This document shows positions 1-7,817 of a stretch of 26,506 nt of DNA, in pieces. Source of the stretch: a virus (lineage: Duplodnaviria > Caudoviricetes); the IMG/VR virus record IMGVR_UViG_3300012665_000795, positions 1 through 26,506 of that record; one strand, given 5' to 3'. A model generated the notes under the pieces. The model was not told where the DNA came from and searched no databases. It saw only the letters and a program-made list of their open reading frames with translations. The translations under genes were made by a program, and so were the position numbers. Within the stretch, counting starts at the first letter, position 1, and each line of letters starts with the position of its first letter.

Positions 1-224
1 GATTTCGCCATTAGCAAACTGAAGGCAGTTTTAAAGTGTTTAGATGGACCTGCCCACATTGTAAGACCAGGTACAATACCACCATCTAGTTTCCCAGATA
101 GTGCCACATTAATCATTGGCACACCTGTTGTGACCATATCTTTATCATTAAAGAATTTTGATTTGGATAGAATCGCACTATCTTTAATCGTTGAATTCTT
201 TTTAATCTTATCAAGTAAACTCAT
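1..224 (-). CDS. uvsX: UvsX RecA-like recombinase (5' part; runs off the window start)
   Basis: Manual translation from ATG at 224 (ATGA overlap with upstream stop): MSLLDKIKKNSTIKDSAILSKSKFF...PMINVALSGKLDGGIVPGLTMWAGPSKHFKTAFSLLMAK. GPSKHFKT is the UvsX Walker A variant. Not in the ORF track. Confidence 0.93.
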   Translation of the reverse strand, partial: MSLLDKIKKNSTIKDSAILSKSKFFNDKDMVTTGVPMINVALSGKLDGGIVPGLTMWAGPSKHFKTAFSLLMAK

Positions 225-1042
225 TTAAAATCTCCATCTATTTTGGTAATGTCTGTCTTCGGTATAACTTCGTTTCTATCATCTGCAAAGAATGATTCTA
301 AACTATTTGCTGTACTATTGTCAAGTGTTTTCTTTTTCTTTGCCTTCTTTGCAGGCTCTATCTCTACTGTTGTTTTTAATCTTTGGTATGTTTGATTTGA
401 TGCAATCAATAACAAGACGGCAAGTGGGTCGAATACGATAATGATAATTAGAATTACACTTCGTACTGCTTTATCTATGAAGTTCGGGTCATCCTTACTA
501 TAGAATAACTCGGCTATGTACTTGATAGGACCAATTTCTGCCGTTAGTTTGTTTTCTTCTGATAGTAAAGGCAACTTCTCATTAGAAATTCTTCTGAGTT
601 CTGCCTGTGTTTCTTGTATCTGTACATCAATCTTCCGTGATGCGGTTGCTGGGTCACCCGCTCTTTGAAGTAAATAATTCAATCGTTCTTTTGCAATCTT
701 CTCTTGTGTATCTAATGTTTTTAATTGAACACTATTTGCACCAATTACAATATTTGAATCAAGGTGTGCCTTTGAAAGATAACCAAAGATGCCCATTGAA
801 GTAATCAACATCAAAAGAATAATGGCAGCTAAGAAATAGTAACGCATTATCTTTACAGTATCATTCCAGTTATTGTACAACCAAGATACTGTTACCAATT
901 TTGATGCTTCAAGTACAGAACCCATAATGATAATTGGCCAGTATGAACCTGGAAATATCTGTGCAAGTCCAATAACGGAATAATATGCTGCAATGGCTGA
1001 TAGACCAATCGCAGTTAAAAATGGTAACAATACTTGTATCAT
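221..1042 (-). CDS. Hypothetical membrane protein (three N-terminal TM helices, coiled coil, one more TM, basic/polar tail)
   Basis: 273 aa with hydrophobic segments at about aa 3-30, 34-56, 68-90 and 195-214. Overlaps both neighbours by ATGA. Confidence 0.8.
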   Translation of the reverse strand: MIQVLLPFLTAIGLSAIAAYYSVIGLAQIFPGSYWPIIIMGSVLEASKLVTVSWLYNNWNDTVKIMRYYFLAAIILLMLITSMGIFGYLSKAHLDSNIVIGANSVQLKTLDTQEKIAKERLNYLLQRAGDPATASRKIDVQIQETQAELRRISNEKLPLLSEENKLTAEIGPIKYIAELFYSKDDPNFIDKAVRSVILIIIIVFDPLAVLLLIASNQTYQRLKTTVEIEPAKKAKKKKTLDNSTANSLESFFADDRNEVIPKTDITKIDGDFK

Positions 1043-1584
1043 GGGTTCCTCTTAGAATGTGGAACATCAAACACAAAAGTAATTCTTGTGCAATCTCCTA
1101 CGTTTTTAGTTCCATGCATTAATTTATTATTGAACCAAAGTAAAGTACCTGGTTCTACTGTAACTGTTTCACCACCAACTGTATATTCATAACGACCTTG
1201 AATTGATAAATGATATCTGTCTTTCGTTTGATAATAAGTTCCTTGGTCTATATGTTGACCAACTATTTCACCAACTGGCAAAGATAGAAAACCACACCTA
1301 CGATAAGAATGAAAATGTCTTTTCAAAAATCCTACAATCTCGGTGTGTCTATCGTGTGCAGGAGTTTTAATACAAATTTCTGTATCGTAAACCATTTCAC
1401 CTGGCTTTGTGATTGCACCCATTACTAATTGCATAACACCAGCCTCAATTCTATGAAAATCGGGGTCGATTTGTTCTGCGCCATCAAGACCTTTTTGCAC
1501 ACCCCAATCTTCAGGATACTTCTCTAACTGTTTCAGTATTTTTGAAACATTGATACCTGTTTTAATGATACGAATATTATCCAA
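1039..1584 (-). CDS. 2OG-Fe(II) oxygenase, aspartyl/asparaginyl beta-hydroxylase-like
   Basis: HxD (HIDQG), RYHLSIQG, and distal WFNNKLMHGTKN...RITFVFD, typical of the Asp/Asn beta-hydroxylase family. Confidence 0.8.
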   Translation of the reverse strand: MDNIRIIKTGINVSKILKQLEKYPEDWGVQKGLDGAEQIDPDFHRIEAGVMQLVMGAITKPGEMVYDTEICIKTPAHDRHTEIVGFLKRHFHSYRRCGFLSLPVGEIVGQHIDQGTYYQTKDRYHLSIQGRYEYTVGGETVTVEPGTLLWFNNKLMHGTKNVGDCTRITFVFDVPHSKRNP

Positions 1585-4108
1585 AGAAACTCTCCAATGA
1601 ATTTTGTTTCTCAGTTGTCCAATTCATACAGTCTAAAATCACTTTGATAGGTTCAAGAAATGCCTTATCAAACTGCATATCATAGTCAACATAGTCCTGC
1701 AATTCAAACTCTTTTGGTAATCTACTTGGGAAAGAGATGACCATATCTTTGAATGGGTTTGGTTGTTTGAGATAGGTGAATTTAAGTTTCTCACCTTCTT
1801 GGATAAGAGGGTAAGTCTTTGTCAAATTCTTCTGTTTCAAATAATAATTATACAGAATGGCACCCTTAACATGAATTGGTGTGCCTTTCTTATACATGGT
1901 AACAGAATCAGAATACTCTTTTAGACCATTCAGACCACGGGGAAATGAAATGTCTTCTGGTGGTAACTTCTTAAACTCTTGTCTAAAGTCTTCAATGAAA
2001 GTATGAATGTCTGCTTCTGTGCCATTAATCATAATCTTAATTGATTGTTTCATCTTCTCACGGATAGCCGCAGGTGTAGATGACTTAATCATTTCAAGAC
2101 CCATAACTTTCATTTGCGGTTCTTTATACGCAACACCCTCATTGTTATACACATTCAGAATGTATCGTTTCTTGGCAGTCCAAATACCTTTGTTCGCCAA
2201 TGCTTCACGCTTCATTTGCATTTTCTGGTCATATGCATGAACATACGAAGCAAGCTCCTGATAACTCTGGTCAATGTATGGTTGTATCTTATCTTCACAG
2301 ACACGGTCCATGAAGGAGATAATTTGATTAATATCTGTCTTTTCAGAATACACCTTGTCAACAAGTGGACCAAGACGGAGATAAATCGAATCTGTGTCTG
2401 AGGCGATAACATAATCTTCTTCTGTCTTCAATAATTTATTCAAGTAGTCATTGAGTTTCTTTTCAATCCACCGAATAGATAATTGACCAGCAAGGGTAAC
2501 TGCAAGTGCCATTCTCAAATCATAGAATCGGAAATACTGTGAACCTAATGCACCGTAAGCCGAATTCAAAGAAACTTTCTTTGCTAATTGTAGATTGTCA
2601 TAACGAGCAATCTTGTTTTTTAATTCTTTCTTTTTGTTCAGGTCAGTTTCAACTTCATAGTCTTTCTTGGCCTGAATCATCATCTTCTTAAACTTACTTC
2701 TGTCAACATACATTTCTTCCAACATCTTAGGTAAGAAACCTTGTTTGTCAGTACGGAAGAATTGACCATTCGGTGTGATTGTGACATTTGCTAGTTTGGA
2801 AGTATCAACTTCTTTATCTAACATCTTATCTACAGTAACACCATCCATGATAACATTACGCATCTCTGGTGTGTAATCAGAAGTTTCAACCAATGTCTCT
2901 GGTGAGATATTGTATTGCATCATCAAGTGTGGGTACAAACTGTTCAAGTCAAATGATGCCACATAATTATGTAGTCCAACCTGTGGAACTTTAACATATG
3001 CACCTTCAAATGCCGATGACTTATGTTTTTCTTCTTTTGGTGGTATGATGATGTTCTTCTCTAACAAGTAGTTATAGATTAGAGCATCCCACATTCTTGT
3101 TTGTGCAAAGATATCTTCATAGTTAGTTTTGGTATCATATGCCAAAGTCAAACCAAGTTCAATCAGTTTCAGTTTTGCTTCAAGTTTGAAAATCAACTCA
3201 ACGTCTTTGATGTTGTATTCAATAAACTTTTGATGGTTCAATCGGTACAATGCATGAAGGTTATCAAACTCATCATATGAAATCTTACCTTCACCAAGTT
3301 CTACTTGTGCAATAGCATCAAGTCTATATGATTCTTGTGACTTACCACCTGGCGCATACCATCTGTACAATTCAATATAGTCTAGTGTAGATACACCAAC
3401 GAATTCATATGCAGTCAACTCACGGTTGTTTACAACAGCCTTGCGACTACTGATAAAATTCCATGGTGATAATTTCTTAGTGTCATCTTCACCAAGAATC
3501 TTAGTGAAACGATTTACGAGATATGGAATATCAAAGAACTTAATGTTCCAACCTGAAATTACATCAGGACAATTCTCTTCCCAGAATCGTAGAAACTTTT
3601 TACATAGTTGAAACTCATCATCACACTTAACATATGTTTCATCGCCACGCAACTCATAATCACCACAACCAAACACAACTGTTTGACCATTGAGATACTT
3701 AATACAAATTGCGGTGATTGGTTCATTTGCAAGATATGGGTCAGGGAAACCATTCTCAGAACCAACCTCAATATCTATTACTGCAATAGATAAGTCTTCA
3801 ATCTTCCAGTCAACCATACCTTTTTGTTCATCAGCAATAAACGCATAGGCATAACTGTTGTTACCATAGATTTTGAAATTCTCAACACCATCGTAACGCT
3901 TGACGAAATCTCTAGCCTCACGGATAGATTCAAACTTCATTGGTTCAAGGTACTCACCGTCTAATGAGGTGAACTTGGTCTGTTTTTTGGAAGGCAAAAA
4001 CAAAGTCGGCGTGTAAGCAATTTTCAACTTAACACGCCGGCCTTCTTTTACTCCACGATAAAGGATATTGTTGCCAACAGAGGCAACATTTGTGTAGTAT
4101 TTACTCAT
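1577..4108 (-). CDS. gp43: Family B DNA polymerase gp43
   Basis: Exonuclease motifs DIE, GWNIKFFDIPY, YNIKDV. Polymerase motifs DLNSLYPH, KVSLNSAYG, SDTDS, KKRY. C-terminal clamp-binding tail SLESFF. Confidence 0.98.
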   Translation of the reverse strand: MSKYYTNVASVGNNILYRGVKEGRRVKLKIAYTPTLFLPSKKQTKFTSLDGEYLEPMKFESIREARDFVKRYDGVENFKIYGNNSYAYAFIADEQKGMVDWKIEDLSIAVIDIEVGSENGFPDPYLANEPITAICIKYLNGQTVVFGCGDYELRGDETYVKCDDEFQLCKKFLRFWEENCPDVISGWNIKFFDIPYLVNRFTKILGEDDTKKLSPWNFISSRKAVVNNRELTAYEFVGVSTLDYIELYRWYAPGGKSQESYRLDAIAQVELGEGKISYDEFDNLHALYRLNHQKFIEYNIKDVELIFKLEAKLKLIELGLTLAYDTKTNYEDIFAQTRMWDALIYNYLLEKNIIIPPKEEKHKSSAFEGAYVKVPQVGLHNYVASFDLNSLYPHLMMQYNISPETLVETSDYTPEMRNVIMDGVTVDKMLDKEVDTSKLANVTITPNGQFFRTDKQGFLPKMLEEMYVDRSKFKKMMIQAKKDYEVETDLNKKKELKNKIARYDNLQLAKKVSLNSAYGALGSQYFRFYDLRMALAVTLAGQLSIRWIEKKLNDYLNKLLKTEEDYVIASDTDSIYLRLGPLVDKVYSEKTDINQIISFMDRVCEDKIQPYIDQSYQELASYVHAYDQKMQMKREALANKGIWTAKKRYILNVYNNEGVAYKEPQMKVMGLEMIKSSTPAAIREKMKQSIKIMINGTEADIHTFIEDFRQEFKKLPPEDISFPRGLNGLKEYSDSVTMYKKGTPIHVKGAILYNYYLKQKNLTKTYPLIQEGEKLKFTYLKQPNPFKDMVISFPSRLPKEFELQDYVDYDMQFDKAFLEPIKVILDCMNWTTEKQNSLESFFG

Positions 4109-4114
4109 TCATAT

Positions 4115-4123
4115 ATTATATCA
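4115..4123 (-). promoter_or_regulatory. Extended -10 promoter (TGaTATAAT) immediately upstream of gp43
   Basis: Minus strand reads TGA TATAAT ATATGA ATG. No good -35 at 17 nt and no SD. Confidence 0.55.
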
Positions 4124-4420
4124 GAATTTTGGAATGGAAGAGGCAATTTGAATACCACTACCAAAAACTTGATTGTACTGATTTGCCAATTCGACCATTG
4201 GTGTTGTAGTACATTGAATGTTATCTTTAGGTAATGAAATGCCTGTTTTGAATTCTTCGGCAAATTCTAAGAAAGGAGAAAAACCCATCATCGGGCCTTC
4301 TTTAGTTGGTTGAACGATAACCTGTACTGGTTGTTTTACTGTAATGTGTGTAGGAGTTTCACTTACAATTTCACCGATTAGTGTCTGGTTCGTTTTGAAT
4401 GTGATTAGTTTTAGTGTCAT
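4121..4420 (-). CDS. Conserved T4-like hypothetical protein (small beta-rich, Sm-like) preceding gp43
   Basis: 99 aa, KLITFKTNQTLIGEI...PMVELANQYNQVFGSGI. Resembles the small gene found before gp43 in aquatic T4-like phages. Confidence 0.75.
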   Translation of the reverse strand: MTLKLITFKTNQTLIGEIVSETPTHITVKQPVQVIVQPTKEGPMMGFSPFLEFAEEFKTGISLPKDNIQCTTTPMVELANQYNQVFGSGIQIASSIPKF

Positions 4421-4547
4421 AGTATTTAATCTCTATAATTGAATTGATTGGTTGTTTAATAGAAAAAGCAGTTGCTTCTGTAAGAGATTCAAATTCTTTA
4501 GAAGCAACGGCATTTGATCCATTGAAATAGTAAGTTACTCTATACAT
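4371..4547 (-). CDS. Small hypothetical protein (58 aa)
   Basis: Manual translation MYRVTYYFNGSNAVASKEFESLTEATAFSIKQPINSIIEIKYYDTKTNHIQNEPDTNR*. Fills the gap and overlaps both neighbours. Below the ORF-track cutoff. Confidence 0.6.
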   Translation of the reverse strand: MYRVTYYFNGSNAVASKEFESLTEATAFSIKQPINSIIEIKYYDTKTNHIQNEPDTNR

Positions 4548-4785
4548 TTACTTTCGTATCTCCAGGTAAAACACCGATAGTGACCCATCGTTTAGGGAAG
4601 AGCATTTCTCTTCCTCGATAGTCATTCATATCCGCAGTTGGGTCTTGTACCCAACCAAGAACCTCAACCATACCATCAAAGTCCCTCAAGTAGAGGTCAT
4701 AACGGTCTGCTCTAGGCAGACGATTTTCGATAGCAAGTTTCTTGGCAATTTCACGAATGTTCATAGTTTCTTTCTTTGGTAACAT
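4540..4785 (-). CDS. Hypothetical protein
   Basis: 81-aa ORF (true start may be ATG at 4764) downstream of a sigma70-like promoter. Confidence 0.7.
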   Translation of the reverse strand: MLPKKETMNIREIAKKLAIENRLPRADRYDLYLRDFDGMVEVLGWVQDPTADMNDYRGREMLFPKRWVTIGVLPGDTKVNV

Positions 4786-4794
4786 AATAAATCA

Positions 4795-4823
4795 ATTGTA
4801 ACATAAGTATTGTTAGATAGCAA
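4795..4823 (-). promoter_or_regulatory. sigma70-like promoter
   Basis: TTGCTA-N17-TACAAT with TG at the extended -10 position, in an intergenic gap. Confidence 0.6.
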
Positions 4824-4844
4824 GCCTTATGTTACATCTTTGCC

Positions 4845-4979
4845 TTACATGGCTTGGTAATCTTCTTTACCGCAACCACACTCAGGACATTCAAAGGTAT
4901 CAGGAAGTTCTTCCCATTTACCTTCTGTTGCTTCATCGTGGACATGTCCACATACGATACACACATATTCTGTATTCAT
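4845..4979 (-). CDS. Rubredoxin (44 aa)
   Basis: Manual translation MNTEYVCIVCGHVHDEATEGKWEELPDTFECPECGCGKEDYQAM*: CxxCG...W..LP..F.CPxCG rubredoxin signature. ATGA-coupled to rubrerythrin. Not in the ORF track. Confidence 0.92.
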   Translation of the reverse strand: MNTEYVCIVCGHVHDEATEGKWEELPDTFECPECGCGKEDYQAM

Positions 4980-5440
4980 AGTGCCTCCAATTTTTGTTGA
5001 TATGCTGCTGCATGGCGTTTTTCAACTTTAGCTAATGCAGCAAATCTTTTCTCTGCTTTAATTAAAACTTGTTTGAATTGTTCAGCGTGTTCTGCACTCT
5101 CAACAATTTGGTTTCTGAATTCGTTCAATGCAATCTGATTGTTCTCTGCTTTTGCTTCAGATTCAAATGTTGGATACATTGTAGTGAATTCATATGTTTC
5201 ACCTTCAATTGCCTTCTGCAAACATTCTTTGGTTGATGGTTTACCAATCAACAACTCAAGGTGACCCCATGCATGAAGAATTTCTTGGTCAGCGGTATGT
5301 TCAAAGTGTTTTGCAACATCTTCAAATCCTTCTTCACGAGCAATCTTTGCAAAATAACGATACTTGATATGTGCCATTGACTCACCTGCCAACGCACTCT
5401 CAAGGTTTTGTAATGTACTTGATACTTTCTCAAATGGCAT
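4976..5440 (-). CDS. Rubrerythrin (ferritin-like di-iron domain, no fused rubredoxin)
   Basis: NLESALAGESMAHIKYRYFAKIAREEG, QEILHA, AIEGETYEFTTMYP and ESAEHA di-iron ligand pattern. Confidence 0.92.
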   Translation of the reverse strand: MPFEKVSSTLQNLESALAGESMAHIKYRYFAKIAREEGFEDVAKHFEHTADQEILHAWGHLELLIGKPSTKECLQKAIEGETYEFTTMYPTFESEAKAENNQIALNEFRNQIVESAEHAEQFKQVLIKAEKRFAALAKVEKRHAAAYQQKLEAL

Positions 5441-5451
5441 TTTATTTCCTT

Positions 5452-5823
5452 TTACTTATTAATATATTTACTGAAGTCTGGTTTCTGCCAGCCATCTGGT
5501 TTCAAAACTTTACCATCAGCACGCTTGATAACTTTACCTGTTGTTGCATCAATCTTAGCAAGGTTACTTTTTGCACCTTCATCCCATGCACCTTCGATAT
5601 CATAACCTTTTGATAACATGTAACCAACAATAACCCAAATCATATCAAAGCAAGCATCTAATGTTTCAACATTATCTTTTTCGTTTCTTGCTTTGATGAA
5701 CTCATTGTATTCTTCATTGATTAAACGATGATATAGTTGTGCCTGTTCTTCATTATCAAAACTTGTTGTTTGGCCTGATGCCAACATAAACATTGTAACA
5801 TCTGTAAAAACTTTTGTCATCAT
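5452..5823 (-). CDS. MazG-like / PRA-PH family nucleotide pyrophosphohydrolase
   Basis: LINEEYNEF...ETLDACFD...SNLAK...KRADGKVLKPDGWQKPD pattern. Confidence 0.85.
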   Translation of the reverse strand: MMTKVFTDVTMFMLASGQTTSFDNEEQAQLYHRLINEEYNEFIKARNEKDNVETLDACFDMIWVIVGYMLSKGYDIEGAWDEGAKSNLAKIDATTGKVIKRADGKVLKPDGWQKPDFSKYINK

Positions 5824-6287
5824 ACAACTCCACCATTTTTATTTTTTTCAGATTGATATGTTCGTTGTCTTAATTCAGAAGAACTGAATCGGTGATTACG
5901 AGAGTTGTACCAAATTTTGATACCACGGTCTTCACAGATTTGTTTACCTGTAAAATCTTTATCTTTGTATTCTTCACCAATGATGCGAACACTAAGAGGT
6001 AAGAACATCAACATATCTTCAAGGTCTTTTTCGGTATTGTAAACAATGATTTGGTCTACAAATTTAACCGCAGAGAGTTGGACATATCGCTCAACAATAG
6101 ACTGTACTGGTTTATTTTTAACACCTGGTCTATCAATGGTTGGGTCACTTTGAACACCAACAATCAAATAGTCACATACTTGTTTACATTCAGCCAACAT
6201 AAGAATATGTCCCGCATGAAGTAAATCAAAAGTTGAACAGGTAAAACCTACTGGTTTACCAATCATAGTATCTGGCATAACTAACAT
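5820..6287 (-). CDS. Cytidylyltransferase (TagD/glycerol-3-phosphate cytidylyltransferase-like)
   Basis: FDLLHAGH (HxGH), DYLIVG, ER...L.AVKFVD and SSSELR. Confidence 0.88.
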   Translation of the reverse strand: MLVMPDTMIGKPVGFTCSTFDLLHAGHILMLAECKQVCDYLIVGVQSDPTIDRPGVKNKPVQSIVERYVQLSAVKFVDQIIVYNTEKDLEDMLMFLPLSVRIIGEEYKDKDFTGKQICEDRGIKIWYNSRNHRFSSSELRQRTYQSEKNKNGGVV

Positions 6288-6289
6288 AA

Positions 6290-6472
6290 TTAATCCTTAA
6301 ATAAATCTGGATGTTTGGTAATATTTTTCAAATGTACTGCACCATCTACCATAGTTATAGTTAGTACATCACCTGGCTCCCAACCAAGGTCATTAATCAT
6401 TTCATCCGAGAATTGTAATATCGCATCACCATTCTCACAAATCTCAACTACTTCTGCACTATATTTTTTCAA
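6290..6472 (-). CDS. AbrB/MazE-like swapped-hairpin small protein
   Basis: GDAILQFSDEMINDLGWEPGDVLTI fits the AbrB/MazE pattern (G....P..+...LG...GD.L). Confidence 0.6.
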   Translation of the reverse strand: MKKYSAEVVEICENGDAILQFSDEMINDLGWEPGDVLTITMVDGAVHLKNITKHPDLFKD

Positions 6473-6887
6473 CTGTCACTCCTGCTTTTTGTAGAAACGA
6501 GATGCCATTATCATCACGATAAGAGTTCCGATATAGAACACTGCTAATGCCACTTTGGTAGATAAGTTTGGCACAGTCCAAACATGGAGCATGGGTAATA
6601 AACATAGTAGCACCCATACCAGATTCGTTAGACTTAGCAAGTTTCGCAATCGCATTTGTTTCAGCATGTAATACCTCTGGTTTAGTTACTAAGTTTACAC
6701 GGCCTACTGGCTGATGTAGTTCATCTTCACAGTTGTTATCCCAACCTGAAGGCATGCCATTGTAACCAATAGAAATAATCCTATCTTCTTTAACTACAAT
6801 GGCACCAACATGAAGTCTTCTTGCGGTAGAACATTCAGCGAATGTCTCCGCAGTTTTCATGTATGCATCAAGCAGTTTCGGTTTCAT
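6459..6887 (-). CDS. cd: dCMP deaminase
   Basis: S...RLHVGAIVVK...IISIGYNG, HAE and PCLDC zinc motifs. Start set at MKPKL (6887). Confidence 0.93.
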   Translation of the reverse strand: MKPKLLDAYMKTAETFAECSTARRLHVGAIVVKEDRIISIGYNGMPSGWDNNCEDELHQPVGRVNLVTKPEVLHAETNAIAKLAKSNESGMGATMFITHAPCLDCAKLIYQSGISSVLYRNSYRDDNGISFLQKAGVTVEKI

Positions 6888-7044
6888 TACCACGTTTCTT
6901 TTTCTTTTCAAACACTTGTGACCCAAAAAGTTGAGCCTCAATCATTGAATTTTTATAAGCATTACGAGCAACAGGGTCAACAAAGGTTGCCATTGTTCGT
7001 TTCGTTTGTTTAGAAATGCGGAAGTTTTTATCTCTTTTTAACAT
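6868..7044 (-). CDS. Small basic hypothetical protein (58 aa)
   Basis: Manual translation MLKRDKNFRISKQTKRTMATFVDPVARNAYKNSMIEAQLFGSQVFEKKKKRGNETETA*. Preceded by TATAAT. Not in the ORF track. Confidence 0.65.
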   Translation of the reverse strand: MLKRDKNFRISKQTKRTMATFVDPVARNAYKNSMIEAQLFGSQVFEKKKKRGNETETA

Positions 7045-7050
7045 GATTTA

Positions 7051-7079
7051 ATTATACACCAAAATAATAAAGTTGTGAG
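7051..7079 (-). promoter_or_regulatory. sigma70-like promoter (weak -35)
   Basis: CTCACA-N17-TATAAT, directly after the hsp20 terminator. Confidence 0.5.
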
Positions 7080-7081
7080 GC

Positions 7082-7106
7082 AAAAATGGGGTCATTGCGA
7101 CCCCAT
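7082..7106 (-). terminator. Rho-independent terminator after hsp20
   Basis: ATGGGGTC-GCAAT-GACCCCAT followed by TTTT. Confidence 0.8.
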
Positions 7107-7109
7107 CTG

Positions 7110-7571
7110 TTACGCAGCTTCGTTCAGAAGTTGCGGTTTACTGAAGTTTAGTTCTTTGCTAAATTCAATCTTGCGTGGTTTCTTGTGGTCAGGAATTACA
7201 TTCTCTAAACCGATTTTAAGAATACCATCTTTGAATTGGGCACCACGAACCTCAATCGTTTCACTCAGTCTAATTGACTTGGTAAAAGAACGAGTAGCAA
7301 TGCCACGATACAAATAGTCCACTTCAGTTTGGTCTTTCTTTTCACCCTTAACGATTAAAGTACCGTCTTGGATTTCAACATCGACCTCATCTTGTCCAAA
7401 ACCTGCAACAGCCATTTCAACGACATACTTGTTGTCATCTACTTTGATAATGTTGTGAGGTGGGAAAGATGTGTTTCTTTGTGGCGCAGTACCTTCAACA
7501 AGTCTTTCGAGTTCATTGAAAAGGTTATCAAAGCCAACAAATTGTGGATATAATGTTGTAAAGCGTGTCAT
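7110..7571 (-). CDS. hsp20: Small heat-shock protein Hsp20 (IbpA-like)
   Basis: VGFDNLF, FPPHNI, EMAVAGF, YLYRGIATRSF, A.FKDGIL.I and PRKIEF. Usual position after regA. Confidence 0.95.
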   Translation of the reverse strand: MTRFTTLYPQFVGFDNLFNELERLVEGTAPQRNTSFPPHNIIKVDDNKYVVEMAVAGFGQDEVDVEIQDGTLIVKGEKKDQTEVDYLYRGIATRSFTKSIRLSETIEVRGAQFKDGILKIGLENVIPDHKKPRKIEFSKELNFSKPQLLNEAA

Positions 7572-7625
7572 AGTTTTCTCCTATTAAGCGAGTTAATGAA
7601 ATGTGACCCCGAAGGCATCACGCAT
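7572..7625 (-). promoter_or_regulatory. Structured hsp20 5'UTR: cUUCGg hairpin plus ROSE-like SD hairpin
   Basis: GTGATGCC-TTCG-GGGTCAC, then CTCGCT-TAAT-AGGAG (UCGCU opposite the SD with a bulged G). Confidence 0.6.
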
Positions 7626-7802
7626 TTATTTAGTCAAAACCTCATATGAATCAAGGTTGACCAAATAAATTCTTGCAGGCAATTCTTGTTTGTATACTTG
7701 TACAAATGTATAAGAATTATCCTTAATCACCTTTGTGATATCACGGCAGTAGACAACCTCTCCCGTGTATCGGTTTTTTAATCTTGTAATCTGCTGTTTC
7801 AT
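7626..7802 (-). CDS. Small hypothetical protein (58 aa)
   Basis: Manual translation MKQQITRLKNRYTGEVVYCRDITKVIKDNSYTFVQVYKQELPARIYLVNLDSYEVLTK*. Fills the regA-hsp20 gap. Confidence 0.65.
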   Translation of the reverse strand: MKQQITRLKNRYTGEVVYCRDITKVIKDNSYTFVQVYKQELPARIYLVNLDSYEVLTK

Positions 7803-7817
7803 AACGAATTCTCATCA

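Noticed and set aside
1577-4108. Intron, intein or split in gp43
   Set aside because: Single continuous 843-aa ORF with all motifs at normal spacing.
5460-5475. T4 late promoter (TAAATA) upstream of rubrerythrin
   Set aside because: Only a partial match to TATAAATA in very AT-rich sequence, so it cannot be distinguished from chance.
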